Below are positions 10,465 through 20,682 of a DNA stretch of 64,000 nt, piece after piece; the stretch's first letter is position 1, and every line of letters starts with the position of its first letter. Under the pieces are notes generated by a model. It made no database searches, was not told the origin of the DNA, and saw nothing but the letters and a program-made list of their open reading frames with translations. Source of the DNA: Candidatus Thiodiazotropha sp. (lineage in GTDB: Bacteria; Pseudomonadota; Gammaproteobacteria; Chromatiales; Chromatiaceae). Made by a program: the position numbers and the translations under genes. The stretch spans positions 10,297-74,296 of the forward strand of contig JBEVVH010000002.1 in assembly GCA_040507245.1 (NCBI GenBank), written 5' to 3'.

Positions 10465-10494
10465 TGGTCATTCCCATTCGATTCGATGTATCAA

Positions 10495-11775
10495 TTATTC
10501 GGATTCCGCCAGTACCCGTTGCGCCAGATCCGTCTCGATCGCCGCCAACGGAAGCGACACCTGCTCCCCACCGCGTAGGGGTTTCAGGCTGATCTCACCC
10601 CGGGCCAACTCCTCCTCACCCAGGATCAAGGCATAGGGCGCCATGCTCTTGTCCGCCTTTTTCATCTGACTTTTGAAACTGCCGCCGCCACAGTGGTTGA
10701 TCAACCGCAATTGCGGCAGCGCGTCACGCAGGCGTTCCGCCAACAGCATGCCTTCGCGGACCGCAGCGTCCCCCTGGGTCACAAGATAGACGTGCGGCTG
10801 CGGCAGACGTTCCATGATATCCGTCTCTTCCAACAGGGCAATCAACCGTTCCAGCCCCATGGCGAATCCCACCGCCGTGCTCTCCCGGCCCCCCAGTTGT
10901 TGCACCAGGCCATCGTAGCGCCCGCCGGCGCAGACCGTCCCTTGGGCACCGAGCTGAGTGGTCACCCATTCGAACACGGTCCGATTGTAGTAATCCAGGC
11001 CGCGCACCAGGCGCGGATTCAACACATAGGCGACCCCGGCAGCCTGCAACCCCTGGCACAGACGATCGAAATGATCCCGGGATTCCTCGCCCAGGTGCTC
11101 CATCAGGGACGGAGCCCCCGCGATCAGATCCGCCATTTCCGGATTCTTGCTGTCGAGAATCCGCAGGGGATTGGTATGCAGGCGACGCTGACTGTCCTCG
11201 TCCAGTCGGTCCGGGTGTTGGCTGAAATAGGCAACCAAGACCTCCCGGTAACGGGCCCGTTCCTGCGAGGTGCCCAGGGTATTGAGTTGCAATTCGAGTC
11301 CATGCAGCCCCAGTTCCTTCCAGATCCGCGCAGTGATAAGGATCAGCTCCAGGTCGATGTCCGGACCGTCCATGCCGAAGGTTTCGACACCGATCTGGTG
11401 AAACTGCCGGTATCGCCCCTTCTGCGGCCGCTCGTGCCGGAACATGGGCCCCTGATACCAGAGACGCTGCACCTGATTAAAGATCAGGCCGTTTTCCAGT
11501 CCGGCACGCACACAGCCTGCGGTCCCCTCGGGACGCAGGGTCAGGCTGTCACCGTTGCGGTCCTCGAAAGTGTACATCTCCTTCTCGACGATATCCGTCA
11601 CCTCGCCGATCGAGCGCTTGAACAGCTCTGTCATCTCGACGATGGGCATGCGGATTTCGCTGTACCCGTAGCGGCTCAGCACGGAGCGCACCCGGTCCTC
11701 CAGGAACTGCCAGAGGGGCGTCTGTTGCGGCAGGATGTCTTTCATCCCGCGAATGGCTTGTATCTGCTTGGCCAT
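10495..11775 (-). CDS. hisS: Histidine-tRNA ligase
   Basis: [24 protein letters not shown] and LVRGLDYY motifs. Confidence 0.98.
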   Translation of the reverse strand: MAKQIQAIRGMKDILPQQTPLWQFLEDRVRSVLSRYGYSEIRMPIVEMTELFKRSIGEVTDIVEKEMYTFEDRNGDSLTLRPEGTAGCVRAGLENGLIFNQVQRLWYQGPMFRHERPQKGRYRQFHQIGVETFGMDGPDIDLELILITARIWKELGLHGLELQLNTLGTSQERARYREVLVAYFSQHPDRLDEDSQRRLHTNPLRILDSKNPEMADLIAGAPSLMEHLGEESRDHFDRLCQGLQAAGVAYVLNPRLVRGLDYYNRTVFEWVTTQLGAQGTVCAGGRYDGLVQQLGGRESTAVGFAMGLERLIALLEETDIMERLPQPHVYLVTQGDAAVREGMLLAERLRDALPQLRLINHCGGGSFKSQMKKADKSMAPYALILGEEELARGEISLKPLRGGEQVSLPLAAIETDLAQRVLAESE

Positions 11776-11953
11776 GGGCGTTAGAAAAATTCATAAAAGC
11801 GGGAGAGATTACCACGTCGGACCGGTACAACCTAGCAGGCTGTCGAAATTCCACTCAGGCGGTGCGCTGCACATCCACTCAGGCCGGTTCACCGCCGGTG
11901 ATAACGCATTCAATCCGTGCGATGCCTTTACACAGACTGACCTGAAAAGGTCC

Positions 11954-12931
11954 TCACTCCGATGAATCCAGGGTGAAACGGGCGACCTTGCCCCGGGAGC
12001 GGCTTTTGAGATCGAATGGCTGACCATCGATGGTGAGTGACACGGCATCCACATCCCCGAGCACCACATTGAACGGACCATACTCACTGCTGAGCCGCCG
12101 TACGGTGTCGGCTTGCATCTCGCCAATCATGCGCACCTTGCCGTCCCGGTCACGGACTTCCGTCCAGCAGGGCGCGTTGAAACGGAATACCAGGGTTTTA
12201 GACGTACCCGCAGGAGCGGGTTCAGGTGCGGGAACCGATGCTTCGGGCGCTGTCTGTTGCGGCTCCTCGGGCGCCTCGGAAATGGGTTCCGGGGCCAGTA
12301 TCGCTTGTTCGGACAAGGCCTCTTCCTCAACCGGAATGACCTCTATCACCTCAATCGGCTCAAACTCCCTGGGTTGGGTGACACCGCTGTCCATGGCTAC
12401 AGGATCCACGTCAGTGGGTGTCTCAACCGGCTCCCGGGTCTCTGCCGCATCGTTGTTCGAGATGCTGTCCGCAGGGCTTGCAACGGGCGCGATCTCTTCC
12501 AGTTCCGAACGTGTCTGCCACCAGAAAAACAGCGTTCCCGCAAGAATCAGGATAATTCCCCAGGTGAACAGCCGCATGATGCCGGATCCACTGTGCAGGG
12601 GTTTGCGTGGTTTTTCCCGTCTTACCGGGGCCACATTGACCACAGCGTCCTGATCCTCTGGCAGCAGCCTCTGATATTCGGCAACGATGGCTTCTTCGTT
12701 CAACCCCAGAAGACGGGCGTAATTTTTCAGGTACCCCTTGACGAACACGGGCCTTGGCAGTTGCTCGTAGTCATCGGCTTCGAGCGCTTTCACCACCGCC
12801 GAGGTGAGATGCAGACGGGCTGCCACCTCGGACAGGTTGAGTCCCAGATTTTTTCGACTCCGCTCAAGCTGCGGGCCCGGGCCCTGATGGGAAACGGTTA
12901 CCGCTTCGTTCTCATCCTGATTTGAGGCCAT
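11954..12931 (-). CDS. rodZ: Cytoskeleton protein RodZ (HTH, TM, DUF4115-like domain)
   Basis: N-terminal HTH with FVKGYLKNYARLLGL, one TM, Pro/Glu-rich linker, synteny. Confidence 0.9.
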   Translation of the reverse strand: MASNQDENEAVTVSHQGPGPQLERSRKNLGLNLSEVAARLHLTSAVVKALEADDYEQLPRPVFVKGYLKNYARLLGLNEEAIVAEYQRLLPEDQDAVVNVAPVRREKPRKPLHSGSGIMRLFTWGIILILAGTLFFWWQTRSELEEIAPVASPADSISNNDAAETREPVETPTDVDPVAMDSGVTQPREFEPIEVIEVIPVEEEALSEQAILAPEPISEAPEEPQQTAPEASVPAPEPAPAGTSKTLVFRFNAPCWTEVRDRDGKVRMIGEMQADTVRRLSSEYGPFNVVLGDVDAVSLTIDGQPFDLKSRSRGKVARFTLDSSE

Positions 12932-13716
12932 TAGTACGATTTTTCCATTTGGTAGAGTGACTGAATTTCCGGCGCATCCGGGAAATCCTGCATGAGCTGG
13001 CCCCGATACTCCTCTGCCTTGGCCATATCGTGCATGCTCCGCTCAATACGGATACCCAGCAGGAGAGACGCGGCGGTGGGCTTGGACTCACCATGAAAAC
13101 GTTCCAGGTAGGCACGTGCGGACATGTTTTTTTTCTGTTGCAGCGAGATGCCCGCCATCTGGATCAGAGCCGGCGCATACTTTGGGTTCGCCGTGAGGGC
13201 GCGTCGATAGTAGTTTTCCGCCTTGTCGATATTATCCTGCCGCTCAATGCACAACCCCGCATTGGTCAAGGCCACCCAGGGTGTGGGATAAAGCGGGTTG
13301 GAGAGGGCGCGCTCGAAATCATCATTGGCCGCCTCATATTTCCCGAGACGGCAGTTATAGCTGCCCCGGGCATTGCGAATGAAAGGGTCCTTGGGATTCA
13401 AGGCCACCGCACGATCATAGTGCTTGCCCGCCAGATCGCTCTCGCCGAGCTTTTCATACAGAATGGCAATCACATTGTGCGCATCGGCATAACCGTCATC
13501 GACCTCGATCGCCTTCTTGAGTTTTTGCATCGCCACCGCATTGCGGTTGTCCCGCATATAGGCCATGCCCATTTCCACATAGATCTTGGCCGGACTGTTT
13601 TTCTGCTCCGCTCCGAGACTGCCGGTCGCGTCACTGCCGCCCTGCGTGGCACAGGCTGAGAGCATGACGGACACAATAAACCCCGCGATCCAATGCCATC
13701 CTGTCAGAAATTTCAT
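12931..13716 (-). CDS. pilW: Type IV pilus biogenesis/stability lipoprotein PilW (PilF)
   Basis: Lipobox LSAC, TPR repeats, ALSNPLYPTP motif, synteny between rlmN and rodZ. Confidence 0.92.
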   Translation of the reverse strand: MKFLTGWHWIAGFIVSVMLSACATQGGSDATGSLGAEQKNSPAKIYVEMGMAYMRDNRNAVAMQKLKKAIEVDDGYADAHNVIAILYEKLGESDLAGKHYDRAVALNPKDPFIRNARGSYNCRLGKYEAANDDFERALSNPLYPTPWVALTNAGLCIERQDNIDKAENYYRRALTANPKYAPALIQMAGISLQQKKNMSARAYLERFHGESKPTAASLLLGIRIERSMHDMAKAEEYRGQLMQDFPDAPEIQSLYQMEKSY

Positions 13717-14810
13717 GAAACACCCTGTTTGAGAGTTACAGCAACCTGGGATCTCAATTGCCGGCTGCTGCGATCCTGGACTTTACCCACCAGTTGCCCG
13801 CAGGCCGCATCGATGTCATCCCCCCGGGTCTTGCGCGTCGTGGCGACTATTCCGGAGCGTTTCAGGCGCATGCGGAATGCCTCCACCCGATCCGGAGGGG
13901 AGGTACGGTAATCGGTTCCGGGAAACGGGTTGAAAGGAATCAGGTTGACCTTGGAGGGGGTCCCCTCCAGCAGACGGATCAGCGCCTTGGCATGATGCAG
14001 GCTGTCATTGACGCCATCCAGCATCACATACTCCCAGGTCACCTTGCGCCGCTTGTCACCCTGGACGAATTCCCGGCATGCCGGTATCAGCTCTTCCAGG
14101 GGATATTTACGATTGATCGGCACCAGCACGTCCCGCAACGCGTTGTCCGGCGCATGCAACGAGACCGCGAGACTGATGTCACACACCTCCCGAAGACGTT
14201 TCAGAGCGGGAACGATTCCCGAGGTGCTGACCGTAACCCGGTATTTGGAGACCATGTAGGCAAAATCATCCTGCATGATACTCATCGCGGTAATCACCGC
14301 ATCGAGGTTGGCCAGCGGTTCGCCCATTCCCATCATCACGATGTTGCTGGGCGCCTGACCCAGTTCCCGGCTTGCCACCCAGACCTGACCGATGATTTCA
14401 GCCACGCTCAGATTTCGGTTGAAACCCTGCCGGGCGGTGGAACAGAAGGAACAGTCCAGGGCACAGCCGACCTGGGAAGAGACGCACAATGTGTTGCGCC
14501 CGTCATCGGGAATCAACACCGTCTCGATCCGCTGACCGTCGTACAGTTCGAGTAGCCATTTGCGGGTGCCGTCCCGGGCCGGTTGCTCCAGAACCCGTTC
14601 CGGTGCGCGGATCTCCGCGATCGCGGTCAACTGCTCACGCAGGCGTTTCGAGATATCCGTCATGGCCTCGAAATCGGTCACCCCGTGCTTGTGTATCCAC
14701 TTGAATACGTTGCGTCCGTGGAAGGCCTTGGAGCCCATTTCCACGAATAACGCCTCGATCGACTCGCGATCGAGATCCAGAAGATTGATCTTTGGTGTCT
14801 TGTCAGTCAA
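13713..14810 (-). CDS. rlmN: Dual-specificity RNA methyltransferase RlmN
   Basis: CVSSQVGCALDCSFC, MGMGEPL and DIDAACGQL motifs; TTG start. Confidence 0.97.
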   Translation of the reverse strand: MTDKTPKINLLDLDRESIEALFVEMGSKAFHGRNVFKWIHKHGVTDFEAMTDISKRLREQLTAIAEIRAPERVLEQPARDGTRKWLLELYDGQRIETVLIPDDGRNTLCVSSQVGCALDCSFCSTARQGFNRNLSVAEIIGQVWVASRELGQAPSNIVMMGMGEPLANLDAVITAMSIMQDDFAYMVSKYRVTVSTSGIVPALKRLREVCDISLAVSLHAPDNALRDVLVPINRKYPLEELIPACREFVQGDKRRKVTWEYVMLDGVNDSLHHAKALIRLLEGTPSKVNLIPFNPFPGTDYRTSPPDRVEAFRMRLKRSGIVATTRKTRGDDIDAACGQLVGKVQDRSSRQLRSQVAVTLKQGVS

Positions 14811-14933
14811 AAGTGGCGCTACACAAGTCTGTGGGGTTGGAAAAAATACACAAAATAACAGTATCTTAGTTTAGACCTGACGACACGGGCTGGCAATCCG
14901 TCAAGATGCACCCCTGTCCTGGGCCGGAACCAT

Positions 14934-17138
14934 TCATATTATACGTTTGACCAGATTTACGTCAGGCAGTTGTTCAACTTTTGACAGAAGCCGGCTGAGT
15001 TGTTTCATATCGTTGACTTCCACCGTAAAACGCATGGTCGCAGTGTCGGTCCTGCGGTCGCTGTTGGTGTTGACGCCGATGACATCGATATCCTCATTGG
15101 TGAGAATGCCTGAGATATCCCTCAGCAGCCCCTTCCGGTCATGGGCCACCACCATGAAGTCGACCGCATACTGGCTTTTCTCCTGCTCGTCGCCCCAGTG
15201 CACCTCGATCAGCCGTTCCCGCTCCTCGCCCTGCAGGTGGCGGATGTTGGGGCAGTCCCGACGATGAATGGTGACCCCCCGCCCACGGGTCACATAGCCG
15301 GTGATTGCATCATAGGGTACGGGCTTGCAGCAGCGGGCGATGCTGGTCAGAAGGTCATCCACGCCATCAACCACCACCTCACCCTTGCCGGCCTGATGGG
15401 CATGCGGGGTGACCGGCACCGGTTTGGAACGGGGTGCGGGCTTCTCACGTTGACCGAAACCCGCCACCTGAATGGATGAGAGATCCCCCCGTCCAATCGC
15501 CGCGTAGACATCATCCGCATGCTGCAGATTGTACTTGGCTGCAACCTTTTCCAGATCCGGTTTTTCGGAGATCGAGAGCCGGGTCATCTCCTTTTCCAGG
15601 GCATTGCGGCCGAGTTCCACATGGTGCTCGAAGTCGAGCTGCTTGAACCACTGCTTGACCCGGTTGCGCGCCTTGGAGCTGTGCAGGTAGCCAAGATGGG
15701 GATTGATCCAGTCCCGGCTCGGGGTGCCGTTTTTCGCGGTGAGGATCTCCACGGTCTCGCCGCTTCGCAGTGGCCGATTGAGCTGCACAATGTGGCCGTT
15801 GATCCGGGCACCCCGGCAATGATGACCGATGTCGGTATGGATGGCGTAGGCGAAATCCAGGGGGGTGGAACCTTTGGGCAGCTCCACAACCTTGCCCATG
15901 GGGGTCAGGACGTAGATGCGAGTCGCCTCCATGTCCTGCTCGAACATGTCCTGCAGGTCGCTGGCGTCCTCGCCCACGTCCTTTTTCTCCAGCCACTGGC
16001 GCATCCACACGATGCGCCGTTCGAAATCCACATCCTGTTTGGCATTCTCTTTGTAACGCCAGTGCGCCGCCACGCCCAGTTCGCTGTGGTAGTGCATCTC
16101 ACGGGTACGGATCTGCACCTCCAGGGTCTTGTCCTCGGGGCCGATGACCGCGGTGTGAATCGAACGGTAGAAATTCGCCTTGGGGGTGGCGATGTAATCG
16201 TCGAACTCGCCCGGTATGTGCTTCCACAAGCCATGCACCACGCCCAGCGCGGCATAGCACTGAGCAATGTCATCAACCAGAACGCGCACCGCCCGCAAGT
16301 CGAAGATCTGTTCAATGTCCACGGCCTTGCGCTGCATTTTGCGCCAGATGCTGTAGATGTGCTTGGGCCGTCCGCTGATCTCGGCGTGCACCCCGGCGGC
16401 CGCGAACTTCTCGTGCAGCAGCGCAATCACTTCATGGATGAACTGTTCCCGGTCGGTACGCCGTCCATCGAGCTGGCTGGCGATGCGCTTGTAATCTTCG
16501 GGATGCAGGAACCGCAGTGCCAGATCCTCCAGTTCCCACTTGATCTGCCAGATACCCAGGCGGTTGGCCAGGGGCGCATAGATATCCTGGGTCTCCTTGG
16601 CCAGACGATGGCGAAACTCGGGCGTGAGGGTGCGCGCGGTACGCATCAGATGCAGCTGTTCGGCCACCACCACCAGGATGACACGGACATCCTCGGCAAT
16701 CCCCAGCAACAGGCGTCTGAGATTCTCCGCGTGCTCCTGTTCATCTTCCGGAGAAACCTCCCTCGAGATATCCGTCAACGCATTGATGCGTCCCAGGTCG
16801 TCGACCATGCGGGTGGTGTTGTTACCCAGGGCTCGCTTGAGTTTCGCCTCATCCGTTGCCGGATCCTGCAGCACGCCCAGCAGCAGTGCGGCAGCCACCG
16901 TCTCCCGATCCATGCGCAGATTGGCGAGGATCTCGGCCACGCTCAGGGCATGCCGCAGCTGACACTCCCCATTGAGCACCATGCGCCCCGGGGTCGCCCC
17001 CAGGGCGAATTCCGAGGCAAGCTTCAGGTAGTCGCGATCCTCTGACGTGAACTCGTCCGGTAACCGGGTGAGCCACTGATCCAGGGTGGCCGCATCAATC
17101 GTATCGCCATCCGGTAGCGAAGTATTGATGGTAACCAT
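14934..17138 (-). CDS. relA: GTP pyrophosphokinase RelA
   Basis: Degenerate HD domain, GRPKHIYSIWRKM synthetase motif, EFDDY, TGS and C-terminal ACT domains. Confidence 0.96.
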   Translation of the reverse strand: MVTINTSLPDGDTIDAATLDQWLTRLPDEFTSEDRDYLKLASEFALGATPGRMVLNGECQLRHALSVAEILANLRMDRETVAAALLLGVLQDPATDEAKLKRALGNNTTRMVDDLGRINALTDISREVSPEDEQEHAENLRRLLLGIAEDVRVILVVVAEQLHLMRTARTLTPEFRHRLAKETQDIYAPLANRLGIWQIKWELEDLALRFLHPEDYKRIASQLDGRRTDREQFIHEVIALLHEKFAAAGVHAEISGRPKHIYSIWRKMQRKAVDIEQIFDLRAVRVLVDDIAQCYAALGVVHGLWKHIPGEFDDYIATPKANFYRSIHTAVIGPEDKTLEVQIRTREMHYHSELGVAAHWRYKENAKQDVDFERRIVWMRQWLEKKDVGEDASDLQDMFEQDMEATRIYVLTPMGKVVELPKGSTPLDFAYAIHTDIGHHCRGARINGHIVQLNRPLRSGETVEILTAKNGTPSRDWINPHLGYLHSSKARNRVKQWFKQLDFEHHVELGRNALEKEMTRLSISEKPDLEKVAAKYNLQHADDVYAAIGRGDLSSIQVAGFGQREKPAPRSKPVPVTPHAHQAGKGEVVVDGVDDLLTSIARCCKPVPYDAITGYVTRGRGVTIHRRDCPNIRHLQGEERERLIEVHWGDEQEKSQYAVDFMVVAHDRKGLLRDISGILTNEDIDVIGVNTNSDRRTDTATMRFTVEVNDMKQLSRLLSKVEQLPDVNLVKRII

Positions 17139-17156
17139 GGTCAGGCGTGGCGCACG

Positions 17157-18398
17157 TCAATCCAGAACATGACTGACCAGGCCATCGGCCAGTTTCGGCT
17201 CGAACCAGGTGGACTTGGGGGGCATGACCTCCCCGGCATCGGCCACCGCCATCAAGTCCTCCATTCCTGTCGGGAAGAGGGAAAAAGCCACCGCCATCTC
17301 ACCGGAGTCCACGCGTTTCTCGAGTCCGGCGAGACCCCGGATACCGCCCACGAAATCGATTCGGGCATCCCGTCTCGGATCACTGATACCGAGAATCGGC
17401 TCGATCAGGTGATCAGCCAGCAGGCTGACATCCAGCCGGGCGACCGGATCATCCGCGGGGATTTTCTCTGCGGCCAGTCTCAGCCGGTACCACTGACCAT
17501 CCAGGTACATGCCGAACTCCGCCGGCTGGGCGGGTTTGACCGGCTCGCCACGGGGTTCGAGCTGGAACTCGGCGGCGACCTTATCCAGGAAGGTCTGCTT
17601 GTCCAGGCCGTTGAGATCCCTGACCACCCGGTTGTAATCCAGGATCTGCATCTGGTTGTGGGGAAAGATCACGCTGAGAAAATAGTTGTACGATTCATCC
17701 CCGGTGTGCTCCGGGTTGGCCGCCTTGCGTGCCGCACCCACCCGGGAACCGGCCGCGGAACGATGATGACCATCCGCCACGTAGAGCGCCGACATGGCGT
17801 CGAAGGCGTCGGTCAGGCGCTGTACCGCCTGGGGCTCATCCAACACCCAGATCTCATGGCGTACACCTTCCGCGGCGGTGACATCCATATCCGGGGTGGA
17901 CCCGGTAACCGCACTGAGTTGATCATCCACATCCGGGGTACTCGGATAGACCAGGAACACCGGCCCGGTCTGGGCATTCAGGGCGTCGATCTGACGCACC
18001 CGGTCATCCTCTTTGGCGGGACGTGTGAATTCATGCTTCTTGATCCGGTCCTGGTCATAAGCCTCAACCGAGGCAGCCGCCACCAGCCCGGTCTGCTGAT
18101 GCCCGCCCATGGTCAACCGGTAGATGTAAAAACAAGGCCGGGCGTCGCGTACCAGCACCCCTTCACGTTCCATTCCGGCCAGATTCTCCGCCGCCTTGGC
18201 ATAGACCTCCGGGGCATAGGGATCGGTACCCGGAGGCAGGTCGATCTCGGCTCTCGAGATATGCAGGAAGCTCCAGGGCCGTCCTTTAGCCATCTCCCGA
18301 GCTTCCGCCTCGTTCATCACATCATAAGGCGGTGCGGCCACGTCGGCGGCACGACCCTCGGCGGGTCTCAATCCGGGAAAGGCTCTTATCAAAGACAT
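17157..18398 (-). CDS. DUF1015 family protein (ParB/Srx-like core)
   Basis: APPYDV, IKKHEFT, LYVADGHHR and MPPKSTWFEPKL motifs; ATG 18398 has a better spaced RBS than 18407. Confidence 0.88.
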   Translation of the reverse strand: MSLIRAFPGLRPAEGRAADVAAPPYDVMNEAEAREMAKGRPWSFLHISRAEIDLPPGTDPYAPEVYAKAAENLAGMEREGVLVRDARPCFYIYRLTMGGHQQTGLVAAASVEAYDQDRIKKHEFTRPAKEDDRVRQIDALNAQTGPVFLVYPSTPDVDDQLSAVTGSTPDMDVTAAEGVRHEIWVLDEPQAVQRLTDAFDAMSALYVADGHHRSAAGSRVGAARKAANPEHTGDESYNYFLSVIFPHNQMQILDYNRVVRDLNGLDKQTFLDKVAAEFQLEPRGEPVKPAQPAEFGMYLDGQWYRLRLAAEKIPADDPVARLDVSLLADHLIEPILGISDPRRDARIDFVGGIRGLAGLEKRVDSGEMAVAFSLFPTGMEDLMAVADAGEVMPPKSTWFEPKLADGLVSHVLD

Positions 18399-18670
18399 GA
18401 AAAACATCCTCGTAGGGTCGGTGGTGTATTGTCAGGTCACGCTTTTCGGCTCGAATGACCCGCAAAAATGCGAGCCGCGTCAAATATTTCCGAACCAGGT
18501 TTGCCGCTCGTTGTCCGGCAATTCAGAATCACTGCCCAATCAGATTTAGAAGCATATACGCCCCTGCCAACCAGGTATCCGCAGGGCTGCGATCCACCGA
18601 AAAAGCGTAATCGGCTTGCGAGGGGGGATTGTTTCAAAAGAGTCACCCGGTAATCAAGCCACCCCTTCGG

Positions 18671-18688
18671 TGTAAGAAAAATCTTACT
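18671..18688. promoter_or_regulatory. GacA/UvrY/LetA box (upstream activating sequence)
   Basis: TGTAAG-AAAAAT-CTTACT matches TGTAAG-N6-CTTACA with one mismatch; about 55 nt upstream of the GGA-rich RNA. Confidence 0.75.
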
Positions 18689-18743
18689 TCAAAATGAGAA
18701 CAATCCTGCATCTTATCCAGGGTTATTGACTTAGACTAATCCC

Positions 18744-18868
18744 TGTCGCAAAGATGGAGGCCAGGGACGACGCACAGGAACATGGACGTGCAGGACTGAT
18801 ACCATTTGCCAACCAATCAGTGCGACATAAGATCCTGGTGCCCATGGAACGGGTACCGGGATTTTTTT
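18744..18868 (+). ncRNA. Csr/Rsm-family (RsmY/RsmZ-like) small RNA
   Basis: Five GGA motifs in 40 nt (18756, 18765, 18777, 18784, 18793) and a sixth in the terminator loop; -10-like TAGACT at 18732; intrinsic terminator; upstream GacA box; no credible ORF. Confidence 0.8.
18832..18868 (+). terminator. Rho-independent terminator of the sRNA
   Basis: ATCCTGGTGCCC-atggaac-GGGTACCGGGAT followed by a T run. Confidence 0.85.
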
Positions 18869-18961
18869 CGTTTTCAGGCTGTTAAGACACTAAAACCAGC
18901 CCTGCCAAGGACCAGCCAACGCCTCCAATAGCAAGCTTCCAGCGCTACCGGCCCGACTTGA

Positions 18962-19471
18962 TTACCCCTCTTCGGACAACTCCACCCGCCACAGATTCTG
19001 TGCCGAACCATCGAATGCATCCCAGAGCTCCCGGTAAGTGAGCCCCGACACCGGATGAACCTCGTCTCCAGCCACTTCGGCCAGGGGCAGCAGCACGAAG
19101 GCATATTCGAGGATTTCACCCCGGGGCAACTTCAGGGTTTCGGTGTCGATGATCTGATCCGCATAGGTCAGAAGATCGATGTCCAGGGTCCTGGAGTTGA
19201 ACCCTTTGGCATCCCGTTTTCGTCCGTGCCGGGTCTCAATCCCACGCAGCCGTTCCGTCAGGTCCCCTGCCGGGAGCCCCGTCATCAGACCGACCACCAA
19301 GTTGAGAAAATTGTCTCCACTGAACCCGACCGCCTCACTCTCGTAAACCGGCGACACCACCAGCGCTCCAAACTCCTTCTCGAGATCCTTCAAGGCCAGG
19401 GGGATATGACGATGCGGTTCGATGTTACTGCCGAGACTCAGCCAGACCCGGACGATACGCGGCTCAGTCAC
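18962..19471 (-). CDS. folK: 2-amino-4-hydroxy-6-hydroxymethyldihydropteridine diphosphokinase
   Basis: WLSLGSNI, FLNLV and SRTLDIDLL motifs; GTG start overlaps the folB stop region. Confidence 0.95.
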   Translation of the reverse strand: MTEPRIVRVWLSLGSNIEPHRHIPLALKDLEKEFGALVVSPVYESEAVGFSGDNFLNLVVGLMTGLPAGDLTERLRGIETRHGRKRDAKGFNSRTLDIDLLTYADQIIDTETLKLPRGEILEYAFVLLPLAEVAGDEVHPVSGLTYRELWDAFDGSAQNLWRVELSEEG

Positions 19472-19820
19472 GCTGTCCCCGCTCGATGATGACGCCCACG
19501 TCGCGGGCGGCACTGACCGCACCCACCTTGTTCAGAGTCAAGCGCACCCAGGGAACCTCAAACTCCTCCAGAACGATGCCAGCGCAGCGTTCGGCGAGGG
19601 TTTCCACGAGTTGAAACTCACTGTTCCTGACGAATTCCACGAGGCGTTTGCTGACCGCCTTGTAATCGAGGGTATCCTCGATGGCATCGCTCTGGGCTGC
19701 CTTCGCGATATCCGCCCCCATCTCGAGATCGAACACCACGGTCTGCCTGATTTCGCGCTCCCAATCGTATATTCCTATCACCGTATCGATGCGCAAGTCA
19801 CGTATGAAAACGATATCCAT
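19464..19820 (-). CDS. folB: Dihydroneopterin aldolase
   Basis: MDIVFIRDLRIDTVIGIYDWER, TLDY and FQLVETLAE motifs. Confidence 0.96.
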   Translation of the reverse strand: MDIVFIRDLRIDTVIGIYDWEREIRQTVVFDLEMGADIAKAAQSDAIEDTLDYKAVSKRLVEFVRNSEFQLVETLAERCAGIVLEEFEVPWVRLTLNKVGAVSAARDVGVIIERGQRD

Positions 19821-19986
19821 TTGGCTGAAACCCGCTGCGGAAAAGGCCACATGGTAGTTGACTGAAGGCAAGATTGCATCCCGCGCCGGGTGTGGTTTGG
19901 TTAAAGCGTATATGCCTGCTTCAGACTCTGCATGCAGGTACTCCGGTCCGCTTGACCTGTTCGGGCCCATGGAGTCCAATTGCGCC

Positions 19987-20592
19987 ATGATGACACACAC
20001 CCTTCTCATTGTCGGCGCTTACCTCATAGGCTCCATTTCCAGCGCCATCATCGTCTGCCGCCTGATGGGTCTGCCCGATCCACGCAGTCAAGGCTCCAAC
20101 AATCCCGGTGCGACCAACGTTCTGCGAATCGGCGGTAAAAAGGCGGCGGCCATCACCCTGTTCGGCGATATGGTGAAAGGACTTCTGCCAATGCTCGCGG
20201 CTCACCTTTTGCAAGCGCCGCCCGGAATCCTGGCCCTGACCGAAATGGCGGCGTTTCTCGGTCATCTCTACCCGGTGTTTTTCGGCTTTCGCGGCGGTAA
20301 AGGGGTGGCTACTGCGCTGGGGGTGCAGTTTGGTCTGCACTGGGGCGTCGGCGCCGCAGTGGGCCTGGTGTGGCTGTTCATGGCCAAGGTAGCCAAGATC
20401 TCATCCCTGTCAGCTCTGGTCTCGATGGCGCTGGCCCCGGTATTCGTCTGGTTGATCTGGCCCAGTCCCGCCTTGATCGGGATGCAGCTCGTGATGAGCC
20501 TGCTGCTGTTCTGGCGTCACCGGTCGAATATCGAAAACCTGCTGAAAGGCGCTGAAGGCAAACTGTCGGATTCTGAACCTCCCTCCTCCTGA
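19987..20592 (+). CDS. plsY: Glycerol-3-phosphate acyltransferase PlsY
   Basis: AYLIGSI, GSNNPGATNVLR, GHLYP..GGKGVATALG and RHRSNI motifs; divergent from folB. Confidence 0.96.
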   Translation: MMTHTLLIVGAYLIGSISSAIIVCRLMGLPDPRSQGSNNPGATNVLRIGGKKAAAITLFGDMVKGLLPMLAAHLLQAPPGILALTEMAAFLGHLYPVFFGFRGGKGVATALGVQFGLHWGVGAAVGLVWLFMAKVAKISSLSALVSMALAPVFVWLIWPSPALIGMQLVMSLLLFWRHRSNIENLLKGAEGKLSDSEPPSS

Positions 20593-20682
20593 TCCTGACC
20601 CTGATCCGGTAACACTGACTGATGCGATCCTGCCGGGTCTTTGCTATTTTCCTCAGGACACACAATCATCAGGACTGACCGA

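Noticed and set aside
11850-11884. 11-bp direct repeat TCCACTCAGGC (two copies) between rodZ and hisS
   Set aside because: Only two short copies with a 13-nt spacer; not enough to call a CRISPR remnant, deletion scar or operator.
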